Below, piece after piece: positions 29,324-38,418 of a stretch of DNA of 64,000 nucleotides. The notes beneath the pieces are model-generated. The model did no database searches, was not told the DNA's origin, and saw nothing but the letters and a program-made list of their open reading frames with translations. This DNA is from Burkholderiales bacterium (lineage in GTDB: Bacteria; Pseudomonadota; Gammaproteobacteria; Burkholderiales; SG8-39). The stretch covers positions 1,568-65,567 of the forward strand of contig JBFWWT010000004.1 in NCBI GenBank assembly GCA_050246035.1, given 5' to 3'. Position 1 is the first letter of the stretch, and each line of letters starts with the position of its first letter. The translations under genes were made by a program, and so were the position numbers.

Positions 29324-30916
29324 ATGACCCCCTTCTCCTGGAACAACCCCTACGCCTGGCCGCGAAAGCCCGTCCTCGCGAAGAACGTCGTCGCGACCAC
29401 GCAGCCGCTCGCCGCGCAGGCCGGCCTGCAGATGATCGCCGCGGGCGGCAATGCCGTGGACGCCATCCTCGCCACCGCCATCACGCTCACGCTCGTAGAG
29501 CCGGTCTCGAACGGCATCGGCTCGGATGCCTACGCCATCGTCTGGGACGGCAAGGAATTGCACGGCCTCAATGCTTCGGGCCGCTCGCCCGCCGGCTGGA
29601 CGCCCGATTTCTTCAAGAATGAAAAGCAGATGACGCAGCGCGGCTGGAACTCCGTCACCGTGCCCGGCTGCGTGTCCGCGTGGCGCATGATGTCGGAAAA
29701 ATTCGGCAAGCTCCCCTTCGAAAAGCTCTTCGAGGCGGCGATCCGCTACGGGCGCGAGGGCTTCCTCGTCTCGCCCACCATCGCGCGCCAGTGGGCCGCG
29801 CAGGTGCCCGAGCTGAAGAGCCAGCCGGGCTTCGCCGAGGCCTTCCTGCCGAACGGCCGCGCGCCGCAGCCGGGCGAAGTGTTCCGGTTTCCGGACCACG
29901 CGGCGACGCTGGAAGCGATCGCGAGGACCAAGGGCGAGGCGTTCTACAACGGCTTGCTCGCCGAGCGCATGGAATCGCACTCGCGCCAGAACGGCGGGGT
30001 GATGAAGGTATCCGACCTCGCCGCGCACACCGCCGACTGGGTGACGCCGCTCTCGATGGACTATCGCGGCTACAAGCTGCACGAGATCCCGCCGAACGGC
30101 CAGGGCATCGTCGCGCTGATGGCGCTCGGCATGCTCTCGCACTTCGACATGAAGAGCCACGAAGTGGACGGCGCGGACAGCGTGCACCTGCAGATCGAGG
30201 CGGTGAAGCTCGCCTTCGCCGACGCCTGGGCCTACGTGGCGGACCTCGACCACATGAAGGATGTGAAGCCTGCCCAGCTGCTCGACACGTCCTACCTCAA
30301 GGAACGCGCGAAGCGCATCGACCTGAAGAAGGCGCAGGACTTCGGGCCCGGCAAGCCGCCGAAAGGCGGCACCGTGTATCTCACCGCGGCCGATGCTTCC
30401 GGCATGATGGTGTCCTTCATCCAATCGAACTACATGGGCTTCGGCTCGGGCGTCGTGGTGCCGGGCACCGGAATCTCGCTGCAGAACCGCGGCGGCACCT
30501 TCACGCTGAAGCCGGGCCACCCCAACCAGGTCGGGCCGAGCAAGCGCCCCTACCAGACCATCATCCCCGGCTTCGTCACCAGGGACGGCAAGCCCGTGAT
30601 GAGCTTCGGCGTCATGGGCGGCACCATGCAGCCGCAGGGCCACACGCAGGTTATGGTGAGGATCGCCGACTACGGCCAGCACCCTCAGGCGGCGAGCGAC
30701 GGCCCGCGCTTTCGCCTCGTGCAGGGCATGGACGTGAGCGTCGAGGAAGGCGGATTCAAGCCCTCGACCCTGGAAGAGCTGCAGAAGCGCGGCCACCGGA
30801 TCGTGAAGGTGGACGACTACAACCAGTTCGGCAGCGCGCAGCTCATCTGGCGGACCGAGGGCGGCTACATCGCCGCGAGCGATCCGCGGCGCGACGGCCA
30901 GGCCGTGGGCTTCTGA
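29324..30916 (+). CDS. Gamma-glutamyltransferase family protein
   Basis: 530 aa with LAAQAGLQMIAAGGNAVDA and an autoprocessing region (GGTVYLTAAD). No obvious signal peptide. Confidence 0.85.
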   Translation: MTPFSWNNPYAWPRKPVLAKNVVATTQPLAAQAGLQMIAAGGNAVDAILATAITLTLVEPVSNGIGSDAYAIVWDGKELHGLNASGRSPAGWTPDFFKNEKQMTQRGWNSVTVPGCVSAWRMMSEKFGKLPFEKLFEAAIRYGREGFLVSPTIARQWAAQVPELKSQPGFAEAFLPNGRAPQPGEVFRFPDHAATLEAIARTKGEAFYNGLLAERMESHSRQNGGVMKVSDLAAHTADWVTPLSMDYRGYKLHEIPPNGQGIVALMALGMLSHFDMKSHEVDGADSVHLQIEAVKLAFADAWAYVADLDHMKDVKPAQLLDTSYLKERAKRIDLKKAQDFGPGKPPKGGTVYLTAADASGMMVSFIQSNYMGFGSGVVVPGTGISLQNRGGTFTLKPGHPNQVGPSKRPYQTIIPGFVTRDGKPVMSFGVMGGTMQPQGHTQVMVRIADYGQHPQAASDGPRFRLVQGMDVSVEEGGFKPSTLEELQKRGHRIVKVDDYNQFGSAQLIWRTEGGYIAASDPRRDGQAVGF

Positions 30917-30918
30917 CC

Positions 30919-31536
30919 GTGCTGCGCATCTGGGGCCGCGTCAATTCGGTGAACGTGAAGAAGGCGCTCTGGTGCGCCGAAGAGCTCGGCCTGCCGTACG
31001 AGCGCATCGACGCGGGGCTGCAGTTCGGCGTGAACAAGACGCCCGGGTACCTGGCGATGAACCCCACCGGCCTCGTGCCCACGATCGACGACGACGGCTT
31101 CGTGCTCTGGGAGTCGCACAGCATCGTGCGCTACCTGTGCGCGAAGCACGGCGCCGGCAGGCTCTGGCCGACCGACCCGCAAAAGCGCGCCGACGCCGAG
31201 CGCTGGATGGACTGGGCCTTCACCTTCCAGCGCGCGATGCGCGACGTCTTCTGGGGCCTCGTCCGCACGCCGCCGGAGAAGCGCGACGCCCGGGCGATCG
31301 AGGAGGGCACGAAGCAGAGCAACCAGCTCGCCGCGATGCTCGACGGCGCGCTCGGCGACAAAGCCTGCGTCACCGGCGCGGAGTTCACCATGGGCGACAT
31401 CCCGATCGGCTGCGAGGTGCAGCGCTGGATGCGCGTGCCGATCGAGCGGCCGAGGCTGCCGCGGCTCGAAGCCTGGTTCGAGCGGCTGCGCGCGCGGGCG
31501 CCCTTCGCGCGGCACGTCGACATCCCGCTCACGTGA
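30919..31536 (+). CDS. Glutathione S-transferase
   Basis: GTG start. NVKKALWCAEELGLPYE...NPTGLVPTIDDDGFVLWESHSIVRYL is a GST N-domain. Confidence 0.8.
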   Translation: MLRIWGRVNSVNVKKALWCAEELGLPYERIDAGLQFGVNKTPGYLAMNPTGLVPTIDDDGFVLWESHSIVRYLCAKHGAGRLWPTDPQKRADAERWMDWAFTFQRAMRDVFWGLVRTPPEKRDARAIEEGTKQSNQLAAMLDGALGDKACVTGAEFTMGDIPIGCEVQRWMRVPIERPRLPRLEAWFERLRARAPFARHVDIPLT

Positions 31537-32288
31537 GCAAGGTCGCGATCGTCACCGGCGCGGCGAGCGGCATCGGCCTCGCCTGCGCCGAGCGCCTCGC
31601 CGCCGACGGCGTGAACGTGGTGCTCGCCGACGTGAACGAGAAGGCGGGCGCGGAGCACGCGCAGCGCCTCGGCGGCACCTTCGTCGCGGCCGACCTCACC
31701 GCGCGCGAGGGCTGCCGCAGGCTCGTGGACGAGGCCCTGAAGGCGCACGGGACCGTGCACGTGCTCGTCAACAACGCCGGCTTCCAGCACGTCTCGCCGA
31801 TCGAGGATTTCCCCGAGGACCAATGGGAGCGCATGATCGCGCTGATGCTCACGGCGCCGTTCCTGCTCACGCGCTACTGCTGGCCGGCGATGAAGAAGCA
31901 GCGCTGGGGCCGCATCGTGAACATCGCCTCGATCCACGCGCTCGTCGCCTCGCCCTTCAAGGCGGGCTACATCTCCGCCAAGCACGGCCTGATCGGCCTC
32001 ACGCGCACCGCCGCGCTCGAGGGCGGCGAGCACGGCATCACCGCGAACGCGATCTGCCCCGCCTACGTGAGAACGCCGCTCGTCGACGGCCAGATCGCCG
32101 ACCAGGCGAAGGCCAACCGGATGTCGCCCGACGAGGTGATCGAGAAGATCATGCTCGCCCCGGCGGCGGTCAAGCGCCTCATCGAGCCGCGCGAGGTCGC
32201 CGACTACGTCGCCTACCTCTGCACCGAGCCCGCGGGCACGATCACCGGCGCTGCGCTCACCATGGACCTGGGCTGGACCGCGCGCTAG
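31533..32288 (+). CDS. bdhA: 3-hydroxybutyrate dehydrogenase (SDR)
   Basis: TGAASGIG, NNAGFQHVSPIEDFP and YISAKHG resemble BdhA. GTGA overlap with the upstream GST gene. Confidence 0.75.
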   Translation: MSKVAIVTGAASGIGLACAERLAADGVNVVLADVNEKAGAEHAQRLGGTFVAADLTAREGCRRLVDEALKAHGTVHVLVNNAGFQHVSPIEDFPEDQWERMIALMLTAPFLLTRYCWPAMKKQRWGRIVNIASIHALVASPFKAGYISAKHGLIGLTRTAALEGGEHGITANAICPAYVRTPLVDGQIADQAKANRMSPDEVIEKIMLAPAAVKRLIEPREVADYVAYLCTEPAGTITGAALTMDLGWTAR

Positions 32289-32370
32289 CTCGCCTGCTGC
32301 TCCGCAGCATCCGCAGATTCGCGGGAACACTGGCCCCGGTTCCGGGGTCCTCTTAGAACAAGGGGGACCC

Positions 32371-32853
32371 ATGCAGATCAACACCATGCGTTGCACCCAT
32401 TGCAAGGGCGAGATGTCGCCCGCCACGCTCGTGTCCCTGTCCGGCGAGGAGCACGGCGTGCGCCTGAGCATCGAGGGCATGCCTGCGATGCGCTGCGCCG
32501 AAGGGCATACGCGCTTCATCGCGCCGGAGTTCGCCGTGCGCATGATGGAGACGTTCGTCGCCGGGGGGCCGCTCGCGCCCCTCGAGGCCGCGGCCGAGAA
32601 AGGGCTGCTGCGCAAGCGCCTGCACTGCGCGGGCTGCGGCGCCGAGCTCGCGCAGCCCGAGGGCGAGCGCCTCGCGGCGAAGCGCGAGGTCGAGCTGAAA
32701 GGCCTCGCGCCGTTCGCGATCCAGGCGGAGATTCCGAAGTACCGCTGTGGCGGTTGCGGCAAGGAAAGCCTGCCGCCCGCGAAGGCCCTCAACGAAGGGT
32801 TGATGAAGGCGTCGGTGCAGGCGTTTCGCTCGGCCGGGATAACGCCGACCTGA
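32371..32853 (+). CDS. Hypothetical protein with two zinc-ribbon-like modules
   Basis: GC3-rich 160-aa ORF with an SD sequence (AAGGGGGA). Pattern CxxC...CxxxH then CxxC...CxxC. I recognise no family. Confidence 0.6.
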   Translation: MQINTMRCTHCKGEMSPATLVSLSGEEHGVRLSIEGMPAMRCAEGHTRFIAPEFAVRMMETFVAGGPLAPLEAAAEKGLLRKRLHCAGCGAELAQPEGERLAAKREVELKGLAPFAIQAEIPKYRCGGCGKESLPPAKALNEGLMKASVQAFRSAGITPT

Positions 32854-33823
32854 GCGCCGCGTCGCGCTCGGCGCGCGGCAGGCGCGCGATCTCGCGCACG
32901 CGCGCGTAGAAGCGCGCGAGATCCCCTCCCGCGTCGGCGAGCAGCCGCTCGAACGCGGGCACATCCTGCGTGTAGGCCGCGAAGAGCGCGAGGAACGCGT
33001 TGTTGGCCTCCTGCCCCTCGAAGCCGGGCAGCCGCGCCACCCAGGGCTGCAGCGGCTCGAGCGCCTCGCGCTTGCGCCGGCGCTTCTCCTCCTCCGGCAA
33101 GCCCGACGCATAGAGCGGCTCAAGCTCGGCGCGCGCCTTCTCCGCCAGCGCGAGGAGCGCCTGTCGCCCTTCGTTCGGCGGTACGGCCCTGCCCGTCGCG
33201 GCCGCCCAGCGGCGCAGGCCTTCACGCTCGACCGCCACCGCGAAGGACTCGCTGAACGTGGTGTCGTCCTTCACGTAGGCCACCTGGTGCGCGAGCTCGT
33301 GGAAGACGAGCCGCGCGAGCTCCACCTCCGGATAGTCGATGAAGGTGGAAAGCAGCGGATCGTCGAACCAGCCGAGCGTGGAGTACGCGGGCACGCCATA
33401 GACCACGACATCCTCGCCCGCCGCGCGCCGCGCCTCGCCGTGGCGCTCGGCCGCCTCGCGCTCGAAGTAGCCGCGGTACGCGACGCAGCCCGCAACCGGA
33501 AAGCACGACTGCACCGGCTCGAGCGAGAACTCGGGCGCCGCGACCACGTTCCACACGGCATAGGGCCGTTCGAGCCCGGCGTAACGGCGAAAGGCGCCGT
33601 CGCCCGGCAGGGCGAGCTCGCGCGCAGCGAACTCGCGAATGGCTTTCGCGCGCTCGAGCTTCGCGCGCAGCGCGGGCGGCGTCGCCTCGTCGGCGATCAC
33701 CTCCGCCACCGGCCGCGCCCGGCCGAGCAGCTCGAGCTGGCCGCTCGCCGCCTGCCCGTAGTAGGCGAGCGTCTCGCAGCCGGCGAGCGCGGCGGCGCTA
33801 GCGAGGATGAGCAAAGCGCGCAT
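32789..33823 (-). CDS. Putative zinc aminopeptidase lipoprotein
   Basis: Lipobox LAGC at the N-terminus and an HELAH zinc motif (VFHELAHQV). Its 3' end overlaps the convergent gene by 65 nt. Confidence 0.7.
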   Translation of the reverse strand: MRALLILASAAALAGCETLAYYGQAASGQLELLGRARPVAEVIADEATPPALRAKLERAKAIREFAARELALPGDGAFRRYAGLERPYAVWNVVAAPEFSLEPVQSCFPVAGCVAYRGYFEREAAERHGEARRAAGEDVVVYGVPAYSTLGWFDDPLLSTFIDYPEVELARLVFHELAHQVAYVKDDTTFSESFAVAVEREGLRRWAAATGRAVPPNEGRQALLALAEKARAELEPLYASGLPEEEKRRRKREALEPLQPWVARLPGFEGQEANNAFLALFAAYTQDVPAFERLLADAGGDLARFYARVREIARLPRAERDAALRSALSRPSETPAPTPSSTLR

Positions 33824-34427
33824 CGCGAAGGAAGCTGGCCGCCTGCAGCGCCACGCGCGCCGAGAGCAGCATCGCGGCGTGGCTCACGCGCAGCACGATG
33901 CGCTCGCGCATGCCCTCGACCGCGGTCTCCGCCACGCGCACCACGCCGTCGTTCGCGCCCGGCAGCGCGCCGAAGAGGCGCCCGAGGCCGAGCGACAGCG
34001 AGCCGGCGATCACCCCGAGCGGCTCCGCGCGCGTCCAGCGCGCCGTGCGCGGATCCTGCCAGAGGGCAAGCGTCGTGCCGAGCATCCAGCGGCCCCAGCC
34101 GTGCCGCGCGAGGCGCCGCCCGGCGACGTTGCCGCGCACCGGGGCGCCGATGAGGACCACGTTCGCGGCGGCGATGGCGCGGTGCCGCTCCAGCGCGTGC
34201 AGCACCAGCACGCCCCCGAGGCTGTGGCCCACGAAATGCGCCCGTCCGATTCCGCCCGCGAAGCGCGCGAGGCGCTCGGCGTGCACATCGAGCGGGCGCC
34301 CGCGGCTGGGGTAGCCGAACAGATGGCAACGAAACCCGGCCGACTGCAACCGCGCGGCGAGCGGCGCCATGACCGCCGCGGGCATCCACAGGCCGTGCAC
34401 CAGGATCACCTCGCGCGCGCCGCTCAC
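33798..34427 (-). CDS. Alpha/beta hydrolase (small, about 209 aa)
   Basis: ILVHGLW...GHSLGG nucleophile elbow. The GTG start at 34427 overlaps the MFS gene stop (GTGA). Confidence 0.7.
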   Translation of the reverse strand: MSGAREVILVHGLWMPAAVMAPLAARLQSAGFRCHLFGYPSRGRPLDVHAERLARFAGGIGRAHFVGHSLGGVLVLHALERHRAIAAANVVLIGAPVRGNVAGRRLARHGWGRWMLGTTLALWQDPRTARWTRAEPLGVIAGSLSLGLGRLFGALPGANDGVVRVAETAVEGMRERIVLRVSHAAMLLSARVALQAASFLRDARFAHPR

Positions 34428-35611
34428 GCGCCCCCCTTCAGCGCAAGCCGCGCGCCGATCGCGAGCGCGGGCAGGCCGAGCAGCGCGTAGGCGAGCGCGT
34501 AGCTCGCGCCGAGCGCGAGCAGCGCGTTGAAGACGAGCGGCGTGAGCACCACGCCGAGGAAGGTGACCGCGAGGCAGGCGCCGGTCGCCGCGCTCACCTG
34601 CCCCGGCGGCGCGACGCGCGCCACCTGCGCGAGGAACACGCCGTTCCAGCCGACCGCCGTCGCGCCGAAGGCGGCCGCGAAGGCGAAGAGCAGCCACTGG
34701 GGCCAGGCGGGCGACGCGGCGAGCGTCGCGAGCGCGCAGGCGCCCATGCCGAGGCCGAGCAGCCCGAGCACGCGGCGCTGGCCGAGGCCCCGATCGGCAA
34801 GCGCGCCCCAGGCGATGCGGCCGGCGACGCTCGCCACCTGGGACACGGCCATCACGCCTCCCGCAAAAACGAGCGCCAGCGAGAAGCTCTCCACGAGGAA
34901 CGACACGAGGTAGGTCACCAGCATGATCTGCACGCCGCCGTAGATGAACGAGATCACGGCCATCTCGCGCAGCGCGGGCAGGCGCGCGACGAGTCGCAGC
35001 GGCTGGAACGCGGCGGCGAGCGAGACCGGCGCGCGCGGATTCAAGCCCACGTCATAGCGTGCGCGCACCGGCGCGACGGCGAGCGCGAGCGCCAGGCAGC
35101 TCGCGCCCACCACGACCGCGCTCCAGCGCCACCCGAGCGCGAGCACGAGCAGCGGCACGAGCGCCCCGGCGAGCACGCCGCCCGCCGGTACGCCGGTCTG
35201 CTTGATGGAAAAGACGAGCGAGAACGCCCCTGGCGGCGCCGCGCGAGCGAGGATCGCCGAGCTCGCGGGCGTCGTCGGCCCGTAGCCCAGGCCGACGAGG
35301 AAGGCGCCCGCGAGCACGAGCGGCAATCTGCCGCTTGCGGCGAGAGCGAGCCCGGCCAGGCACAGTGCGAGCCCCACCTGGCTCACGCGGATCGGCCCGG
35401 CGCGCGCCACCCAGCCGCCCGCGCTCGCCGAGCCGATCATGCTGCCGACGTAGGCGAGCGCGACGAAGTAACCCACCGCCGAGGCCGGCACGCCGAGCTC
35501 GGGCGCGGCGACCGGCGCCATTACCGGTGCGCTGTACATGGCGAACGCGACCAGCGCCTGGATCGCGAGCGTGACGGCGAGCGGGAGGAGAACGCCGCCC
35601 AGAGGGCTCAG
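34424..35611 (-). CDS. MFS transporter (start codon uncertain)
   Basis: About 12 hydrophobic helices. There is no in-frame ATG or GTG before TM1; a CTG at 35611 overlaps the citE-like stop (CTGA). Confidence 0.7.
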   Translation of the reverse strand: MSPLGGVLLPLAVTLAIQALVAFAMYSAPVMAPVAAPELGVPASAVGYFVALAYVGSMIGSASAGGWVARAGPIRVSQVGLALCLAGLALAASGRLPLVLAGAFLVGLGYGPTTPASSAILARAAPPGAFSLVFSIKQTGVPAGGVLAGALVPLLVLALGWRWSAVVVGASCLALALAVAPVRARYDVGLNPRAPVSLAAAFQPLRLVARLPALREMAVISFIYGGVQIMLVTYLVSFLVESFSLALVFAGGVMAVSQVASVAGRIAWGALADRGLGQRRVLGLLGLGMGACALATLAASPAWPQWLLFAFAAAFGATAVGWNGVFLAQVARVAPPGQVSAATGACLAVTFLGVVLTPLVFNALLALGASYALAYALLGLPALAIGARLALKGGA

Positions 35612-36507
35612 CCCCCTTTCGCGGCGATTTCGCGCATCGTCTCGAGCAGCGCGCGCGCCCGATACACGACCGGGTAGTCGACCATCTGGCCGTCCACCTC
35701 GACAGCCGCGCCGCCCTTCGCCTCGACCTCGCGGAACGCCGCGTCGATGCGCTCGGCGCGCGTCACCTCTTCGGGCGTGGGCGTGAATGCCGCGTTCGCC
35801 ACCGGCACCTGGTCCGGATGCACGCAGAGCCTCCCCTGAAAACCGCCGCGGCGGCTTCTCTCGAGCGCCCGCTCGAAGCCCTCGACATCGCGCAGCTGGA
35901 ACCACGGGCTGTCGATCGGTGCCTCAGCGCCCGCCGCGCGAGAAGCGAGGACAATGCGGTCGCGCGCGCTCGCGAGCTCGGGCTCCTCGTGCGAGGGCTG
36001 GATGCCCGCCTCGAGGCTGTAATCGGCCGCGCCGAAGGCGATGCGCTTCACCCGCCACGGGCCCTTGTAGGGCCGCAGGCTTCGCGCCTGCAGGATGCGG
36101 TCCACGCGCGCCACGCCCGCCGCCGTCTCCACGATCGGCATCAGGTCGATCGAGCCCTCGGCGATGCCGCGCTCGCGCTCGAGCGCCGCCATCAGCCAGT
36201 CGATCGCGTGCAGGTCGGCCGCGCTTTCCACCTTGGGCAGCACCACGCCGTCCACCTTGTCGTGCAGCGTCTCCACCAGGTCGCGGTAGCAGAACGGCGA
36301 AGACGGCGCGTTGACGCGCACGTAGCCGCGCGAACGCCTCGGCCGCGCGAGCGCCTCGGCGACGGGCTTGCGCGCCGCGGCCTTGTCCGCGGTCGCGACG
36401 GAGTCCTCCAGGTCGAGGATGACGGCGTCGGCCGAGAGGCCGAGCGCCTTTTCCACGCGCCGCGGATGGTTGCCCGGCGCGAAGAGAAAGGACCTATTGA
36501 GGGGCAT
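35608..36507 (-). CDS. HpcH/HpaI aldolase / citrate lyase beta-subunit-like (CitE family) acyl-CoA lyase
   Basis: RSFLFAPGNHPRRVEKAL...DAVILDLEDSV...GFQGRLCVHPDQV is the CitE pattern. Confidence 0.8.
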   Translation of the reverse strand: MPLNRSFLFAPGNHPRRVEKALGLSADAVILDLEDSVATADKAAARKPVAEALARPRRSRGYVRVNAPSSPFCYRDLVETLHDKVDGVVLPKVESAADLHAIDWLMAALERERGIAEGSIDLMPIVETAAGVARVDRILQARSLRPYKGPWRVKRIAFGAADYSLEAGIQPSHEEPELASARDRIVLASRAAGAEAPIDSPWFQLRDVEGFERALERSRRGGFQGRLCVHPDQVPVANAAFTPTPEEVTRAERIDAAFREVEAKGGAAVEVDGQMVDYPVVYRARALLETMREIAAKGG

Positions 36508-37663
36508 GCACCCGCCTTTCGTCCCATCGGGGATAGGGAAGCCGCCATTGTGCCGCGGCGAGCGGCGGCGGCCAGACGACCGTGCGGCGGCCTTTCACGA
36601 TCTGCACGACCGCGGGCCTCGCCCCGAGCTGCGCGCCGCCCGGACCCACGCGGTAGGGCCCGAGGGGCGTTTCCAGCTCGAGCGCGGCGAGTGCCGCGCG
36701 CAGGCGCTCCTGGTCGAGCGAGCCGGCCGCGCGCGCAGCAGCCTCGGCGACCATCGCGGCAGCGTAGGTCGCAGCGCCCACGGCACCGGGCTCGGACGGC
36801 CAGCGCTTGCGCCATGCCTCGACGAACGCCGCGTTCACCGCGGAGTCGAACGCCGGTTCGTAGGCGGAGACGCCGAGGGCGAGCTCGGCATCCTGGCCGA
36901 CGAGCCGCAGGAAGGACGGATCGGCGGCTCCCTGCGCGAAGAACATCCACGGCGCATAGCCGATCCGCTTGAAGCTCTTCACCATCTCGGCAGCGTCCCG
37001 GGCAAGGCCGAAGGCGATCCAGGCCTCGGCGTTGCGCGCGCGCGCCGCGGCGATCTGCGGTCCGTAGTCGGTCGTACCCGCCGGCACGGACTGCAGCACC
37101 ACGTCGAGGCCCGCGGCCGTGGCGGACGTCAGCAGGCCGTCGGCGGCCTCGCGCGAGGCGGAATCGCTGCGCGCGAGCACCTGCAGCCTCGTGTACCCGG
37201 CGGCGCGCGCGATGGCGAGCGCGCCCGCGCCATAGGCGGCGAGCGGCGCGGGCACGTGGAAGACGTAGCGGTCCTGCGGCCGCAGCACGCGCCCGGATAT
37301 GCCGGTGGCGTTGAGGAGCACGCGGCCCGCGCGCTCGGCGGTGGCGGCCGCGACGACCGACGCGGCGCTGCCGAACGGGCCGATCAGCAGGTCGGCGCGC
37401 TCCTCTTCGATGAGCCGCGTATAGAGCCGCATCGACGCCGAGGCCTCCGAGCGGTCATCGAGCAGCCGAAGCTCGACCGGACGCCCGAGCAACCCTCCCG
37501 TGGCATTGCGCGTCTCCTGCCAGAGGACGAGCGCTTTCTTCATGTCGGCGGCGAGGTCGGCGAGCAGCCCCGTCTCGGGCAGCACGGCGCCGACGATCAC
37601 GGGCTCGGATTGCGCCGCGGCGGGCGCCGCGGCGAGCGCGGCCGCGAGCAGCCAGCCGCGCAT
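36494..37663 (-). CDS. ABC-type periplasmic substrate-binding protein (Leu/Ile/Val-binding family), with no ABC permease or ATPase nearby
   Basis: Signal peptide MRGWLLAAALAAAPAAAQ, then IVGAVLPETG...GPFGSAA, typical of the LivK-like family. Confidence 0.8.
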   Translation of the reverse strand: MRGWLLAAALAAAPAAAQSEPVIVGAVLPETGLLADLAADMKKALVLWQETRNATGGLLGRPVELRLLDDRSEASASMRLYTRLIEEERADLLIGPFGSAASVVAAATAERAGRVLLNATGISGRVLRPQDRYVFHVPAPLAAYGAGALAIARAAGYTRLQVLARSDSASREAADGLLTSATAAGLDVVLQSVPAGTTDYGPQIAAARARNAEAWIAFGLARDAAEMVKSFKRIGYAPWMFFAQGAADPSFLRLVGQDAELALGVSAYEPAFDSAVNAAFVEAWRKRWPSEPGAVGAATYAAAMVAEAAARAAGSLDQERLRAALAALELETPLGPYRVGPGGAQLGARPAVVQIVKGRRTVVWPPPLAAAQWRLPYPRWDERRVHAPQ

Positions 37664-38400
37664 CAGAAGCCGAGAAACGTGGCGAAGCGCGACACCGGCT
37701 CGCGCTCGGTGACGAGCGTGTTCTCCACGGCGTCGGCGCGCGCGTAGCCGAGCGACATGCCGCAGACCACGATCTCCGCCTGCGGAATCGGGAGCTCGCG
37801 CCGCAGCACGGCGTGCGCCGACGCGATCGCGGCCTGCGGGCAGGTGTCGAGGCCCAGCCCGCGCGCCGCAAGCATCACGTTCTGCAGGAACATGCCCGTG
37901 TCGAGGAAGGCGCCCACCGGCAGGTCGCGCTCGAGCGTGAACACGAGGCCCACCGGCGCATCGAAGAAGAGGTAGTTGCGCGCGTGCTGGCGCCGGGTCT
38001 TCTCGCGCTCGCCCTTGCGGATGTCGAGCAGGCCGTAGAGGTCCCAGCCGAGCTTGCGGCGCCGTGCGAGATAGGGATCGCGCCACTGGGAAGGGTAGTA
38101 GTCGTACTCGCGCGTCAGGCCCTCCTCGCCGACGCGCTCGACTTCCTCCATCATCGCCTTCGTCAGCCGGTCGCGCGCCTCGCCGGCGACGACGTATGCC
38201 TTCCAGGGCTGGATGTTGGTGCCCGAGGGCGCGCGGCTCGCCAGGGCCAGGATGCGCTCCACCGTCTCGCGCGGCACGGGATCGGGCTTGAAGGCGCGCA
38301 CGCTGCGCCGCGAGAGGATCGCCTCTTCCACCGTGCGCGCGGCGCTGCCGGCGGCGAAGGGCAGCGCGCCCCTCGCCGGATCACAGGCGGGCATATTCAT
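37663..38400 (-). CDS. Nitroreductase family protein
   Basis: RRSVRAFKPDPVPRETVERILALASRAPSGTNIQPW is the canonical nitroreductase N-terminus. Confidence 0.85.
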   Translation of the reverse strand: MNMPACDPARGALPFAAGSAARTVEEAILSRRSVRAFKPDPVPRETVERILALASRAPSGTNIQPWKAYVVAGEARDRLTKAMMEEVERVGEEGLTREYDYYPSQWRDPYLARRRKLGWDLYGLLDIRKGEREKTRRQHARNYLFFDAPVGLVFTLERDLPVGAFLDTGMFLQNVMLAARGLGLDTCPQAAIASAHAVLRRELPIPQAEIVVCGMSLGYARADAVENTLVTEREPVSRFATFLGF

Positions 38401-38418
38401 CGGGCGATAATACCCAAC

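Noticed and set aside
32289-32370. Hairpin GGCCCCGG-TT-CCGGGGTC after the 3-hydroxybutyrate dehydrogenase gene as a terminator.
   Set aside because: The stem is imperfect and has no U-tract (the following sequence is CTCTTAGAAC). That is too weak to annotate.
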